A stretch of 64,000 nucleotides of DNA from Alphaproteobacteria bacterium (GTDB lineage: Bacteria; Pseudomonadota; Alphaproteobacteria; JANQMY01): the NCBI GenBank assembly GCA_965227095.1, contig CBDDFL010000002.1, positions 83,025 through 147,024 on the forward strand, read 5' to 3'. Both the position numbers and the translations under genes were made by a program. Each line of letters starts with the position of its first letter. Position 1 is the stretch's first letter. Positions 60,820-64,000 of this stretch are shown one piece after another. The notes beneath the pieces are model-generated. The model searched no databases. It saw only the letters and a program-made list of their open reading frames with translations, and was not told the origin of the DNA.

Positions 60820-63138
60820 CTATTTCTTCGTCGCTTCGAAGACGCCGTCCCAATCCGCCGGCGGGGGTGAAATCGCATAGGCCTCTATGCGTTGCAGGAA
60901 GATCTTGATCAGGTCGTCCATGTGCAACGGCGTGGGCGCTGTCTTGGCTGCCGCCGTGAAATTGTTACGCGCATGGTCCCAATCTTGACGGCGATAGGCT
61001 TCGAGGCCCGCATCGAAGTTCGCCCGGAAAACGCTGAATTGCTCGCTGGTGGCAAGGTGTTCGTCCCCCAGTAACGCATAAATGCGGGCGGGTTCGGTGC
61101 GGCCCACCACGCGGATCATATCAAGTTCGAGGATGCCAAAGTCGGCCAGGTGTTTTGCTGTTTCTTCGCCGACAATGATGTCCACTGCATATTGCTTGGT
61201 CATGCCTTCAAGACGCGACGCCAAGTTCACCGCATCGCCCAAGCAAGAATAGGCAAACCGCTGGTCCGAGCCCATATTGCCCACGCAACAATCGCCGGTG
61301 TTGAGACCAACGCCCATGCGCAGAGGGGGGCGGTTGCCGCGGTTACCGTCGAAACGCAACTCGTTATTCACTTCGTCTAGACGGGTCAGCATGGCCAACG
61401 TTGCACGCGCCGCTTCTTTCGGATGGTTCGGCACATCAATGGGGGCATTCCAAAAGGCCATGATGGCGTCGCCGATATATTTGTCGATGGTGGCCTGATG
61501 GTCGAGCAACTCATCGGTCATTGGCGTTAGGAAGGTATTGAGCAGGTTGGTGAGTTCCTCCGGGTCCATCTTTTCGGACATGGAGGTGAAGCCGCGAATG
61601 TCCGAAAACAAGATGGTGATGTCGCGTACTTCGCCCCCGAGCGCTAGGTTCTCTGGATTGTCGGCGATGCGTTCCACCATGTCCGGAGATAAATAGCGTT
61701 GGAATGCATCCCGGACGCGCGCTTTTTCTTGAGCGGTCGAAAAGAACTGCCACCCGGTCGTCACCATGTAGCTGAGGATCAGGGCGATGGACATGTATAC
61801 CGGCGTGATCAGCCACCCATAATTTGTGAACGCGACCCATGTGGCCAAGTTCGCGGCCAATACAAAAACCAGAGCGACCGCCGCCCCCCACAGGGCGTCC
61901 AGCCACGAAATGGCCACCACAACGATGATGGCGCCCAGCAATAAGGCGATGAATTCGGCACCCGGCGCCCAATCGGGCCGGCTTAAAAAGGTGCCGAGGA
62001 TAATCTGTTCAATGGCCTGCGCGTGAACGGTGATGCCGTATTCGATGGGTTCCAACGGCGTGGCGATCACATCGCGCAAGCCCGGTGCGGTGGTTCCAAC
62101 CAAAATGATGTGCCCATCGATTTTGGCGCGCAAATCTTCCTCCAAAATGTCCGCATTTAAGATGTCGCCGGCGGAGACGAAACGGTCCGGCACCCGGTCG
62201 GTGTAGTGAATCCAAATTTCGCCATTGCCATTTGTGGGCACGACCATATTGCCGACTTTCAACGCCGCTATGCCGACACCGCCGCCGCCTTCACCGCTGC
62301 CGTCCGTACTCCGTACAAGGATGGTGGAGCTGCGCTGGGCAAGGCGCAAGGCTTCGATCGACAGGGACGGCAAGATGTTTTCGCCATAGCGGTTGAGCAG
62401 GGGCACACGGCGTACCGTTCGGTCGTTATCGCCGCGTAGGCTCACATTGCCGATGCCGGACGCGGTTTTGGAAATTTCCGGAATATTCGGAACGATGCCT
62501 TGGTAAAACGGTAAGGCTTCTTTTGGGTCAGACCCGCCAAAGGCGATGCCGGCCTTTTTGTCGAAGGGTGGTGCATTTTCATTGGGTTCATTCGTGAGAA
62601 TGACACCGGCAACAATAGGCGACTTCGAGACGGCGTCGGCAAAGATCGCGTCGTGGTCGCGTAAGGTGGCGACCTCATCGAAGGTGCCGTCCGCATCCGG
62701 GTTTTCCGCCAGAATTTTTGCGATGCGTTTTGGCGACGTGCGGTCAGGTTCCGCAAAGACAATATCAAAGGCAATGGCCTGTGCACCGGCATCGGTCAGC
62801 TTTGTGATCAATTCGGCCATGTGGTGTCGGGGCCACGGCCACTGCCCGCGCGTCAGCAGAGCTTTCTCGTCAATGTCGACAATTGTGACCGGCGCCGGAA
62901 TGTATTCACGCGGCGCGCTGCGCTGATACGCATCGAACACGGAAAGGGTTGCTGTTTCTAAAATAGCGGGGCGATTGTACCCGATCACGGCAGCGATAGA
63001 GACGGCGATCAATCCCGCCACCCAGGCCGGTGTATAGCTTAGCAACCGCTTTCTTGCCTTCGAGCCGTTGCCCGATTGCGCAGAACCGTTTTCGGAACTC
63101 GCCACGTGAAGTGTCCCCCAACCGCCACTAAACGGCAC
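60820..63138 (-). CDS. CHASE2-domain membrane adenylate/guanylate cyclase
   Basis: Has an N-terminal periplasmic CHASE2-like region, TM helices (…AISWLDALWGAAVALVFVLAANL…), a class III cyclase domain (ITILFSDIRGFTSMSE…) and a C-terminal helical tail. Confidence 0.8.
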   Translation of the reverse strand: MPFSGGWGTLHVASSENGSAQSGNGSKARKRLLSYTPAWVAGLIAVSIAAVIGYNRPAILETATLSVFDAYQRSAPREYIPAPVTIVDIDEKALLTRGQWPWPRHHMAELITKLTDAGAQAIAFDIVFAEPDRTSPKRIAKILAENPDADGTFDEVATLRDHDAIFADAVSKSPIVAGVILTNEPNENAPPFDKKAGIAFGGSDPKEALPFYQGIVPNIPEISKTASGIGNVSLRGDNDRTVRRVPLLNRYGENILPSLSIEALRLAQRSSTILVRSTDGSGEGGGGVGIAALKVGNMVVPTNGNGEIWIHYTDRVPDRFVSAGDILNADILEEDLRAKIDGHIILVGTTAPGLRDVIATPLEPIEYGITVHAQAIEQIILGTFLSRPDWAPGAEFIALLLGAIIVVVAISWLDALWGAAVALVFVLAANLATWVAFTNYGWLITPVYMSIALILSYMVTTGWQFFSTAQEKARVRDAFQRYLSPDMVERIADNPENLALGGEVRDITILFSDIRGFTSMSEKMDPEELTNLLNTFLTPMTDELLDHQATIDKYIGDAIMAFWNAPIDVPNHPKEAARATLAMLTRLDEVNNELRFDGNRGNRPPLRMGVGLNTGDCCVGNMGSDQRFAYSCLGDAVNLASRLEGMTKQYAVDIIVGEETAKHLADFGILELDMIRVVGRTEPARIYALLGDEHLATSEQFSVFRANFDAGLEAYRRQDWDHARNNFTAAAKTAPTPLHMDDLIKIFLQRIEAYAISPPPADWDGVFEATKK

Positions 63139-63344
63139 ATAACGGCCACCGCCGCCAAACGCATCATATCACAACCAGACCGGCGGTTAACCGTGTTCAT
63201 TAGGCTTAATTTGAGATAGCTGCCGCGGAAATTTGCTCTATCGGCAAGAACATTGGTAAACTGCGCAAAGTGAGGGGATGAGCTGTGATGGGGAATAACA
63301 AAACTGCCCCCTAGCAGCTTGTCGCGCAAACTGGGGGCCACCCG

Positions 63345-64000
63345 TTGGATAGGTTTGCATCAGGGGAAATACGCCGCTCGCGGCGTGTGGGGATCATCGC
63401 TGCCGTCTTGGTTGCGGTTTCGTTCGTCATTGCTCGGACGGCGCCAGCCAATGCCCAACAGCCCGGCACCATCGGCGATCCGTCTCACCTCATCACCTAT
63501 CAAGATATTCTACAGGCGCCAGATAATCTGGAGCTTAATTTCAATTATGCACGCCAAGAAGCGGCGAAAGGCAATTTGTCCGGCGCCAGTACGGCCCTGG
63601 AACGGTTGCTCCTCCTCGAGCCGGAATGGAATACGGCACGCTTGTTTTACGCAATCGTGTTGTTTCGATTGGACGATTTGTTGGCAGCCGAACGGGAACT
63701 TCTGATCCTGTCGGACCGGCGCCTGCCGGAACCTCAGGCGCTCGAAGTTCAAAAATACCTGAAATACATCAAGCGCAAGCGGCAGCGCTTGCATGTAAAG
63801 GGGTTTCTGGGGATCGGCAGCCGCTACGACACCAATCGAAATTTCGCAACGAATTTGGACGGCGAATCGGACCCCATCTTAGTTCTCGGCCTGCCGGCCA
63901 TCACCTTTATTCAGCCTGAGGACGATTTCGCCTATCGCGGCTTTGCCGGGCTGAATGGGCGTTACAAGCTTAATCCCCTGTCACGTCATGCGCTCTATTT
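63345..64000 (+). CDS. hypothetical secreted protein, 3'-truncated by the window end
   Basis: The frame is open from a stop at 63312 to the window end and is absent from the six-frame track because it has no stop codon. The TTG at 63345 with GGGGG 8 nt upstream gives MDRFASGEIRRSRRVGIIAAVLVAVSFVIARTAPANA, an RR-containing signal peptide. The downstream codon usage looks coding (…LERLLLLEPEWNTARLFYAIVLF…). Confidence 0.45.
   Translation, partial: MDRFASGEIRRSRRVGIIAAVLVAVSFVIARTAPANAQQPGTIGDPSHLITYQDILQAPDNLELNFNYARQEAAKGNLSGASTALERLLLLEPEWNTARLFYAIVLFRLDDLLAAERELLILSDRRLPEPQALEVQKYLKYIKRKRQRLHVKGFLGIGSRYDTNRNFATNLDGESDPILVLGLPAITFIQPEDDFAYRGFAGLNGRYKLNPLSRHALY

Noticed and set aside
63319-63919. 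Two track ORFs (63319-63705 plus strand, 63626-63919 plus strand) at the window end.
   Set aside because: Both translate to Cys/Trp/Arg-rich nonsense. A different frame is open through the window end with protein-like sequence and a signal peptide.

Overview
This 64 kb window of chromosome is about 57-58% GC and is probably alphaproteobacterial. I infer that from gene content and order: kdsD-lptC-lptA-lptB-rpoN-hpf-ptsN, a DUF1150/Hsp20 pair, an NDUFA9-like SDR, mtgA/uppP, and thrS-infC-rpmI-rplT-pheST.

The first ~19.9 kb is a glycan (probably LPS O-antigen or capsule-type) biosynthesis island that ends at a tRNA-Ser(GGA). It encodes the GDP-fucose pathway (gmd C-terminus plus fcl), a strongly recognisable UDP-sulfoquinovose-synthase (SQD1/SqdB) homolog, a divergent second Gmd, GalE and a further SDR epimerase. 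It also encodes seven glycosyltransferases, one of them fused to an FkbM methyltransferase, three further methyltransferases (FkbM, TylF-like, class I) and an ABC-F ATPase. A regulatory pair sits in the middle: a winged-helix/Rossmann-like regulator translationally coupled to an RfaH/NusG paralog.

The most notable finding is an exact copy of the enterobacterial ops 12-mer (GGCGGTAGCGTG). It lies on the coding strand of the leader, directly downstream of the NusG-paralog gene and upstream of a six-gene MT/GT operon. ops-like variants also occur in the leaders of the other two operons of the island and upstream of uppP. No Wzx/Wzy/Wzz or Wzm/Wzt export genes lie inside the window.

The rest of the window is housekeeping. 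It holds lepA and the thrS-infC-rpmI-rplT-pheS-pheT cluster, which is interrupted by a three-gene insertion (a membrane protein, a secreted four-EF-hand calmodulin-like protein, and cspA). It also holds an LPS-core operon (SDR, GT4, GT9), queG, a GST, a CDF transporter, mtgA, uppP, tRNA-Leu(CAG), an RNase-D-like gene, kdsD-lptCAB-rpoN-hpf-ptsN, hsp20 with a sigma-32-type promoter, a pabB-pabC fusion, phoX, glyA, a MoxR/VWA pair and a CHASE2 adenylate cyclase. A 3'-open gene runs off the window end. No CRISPR array, transposase or integrase was recognised.
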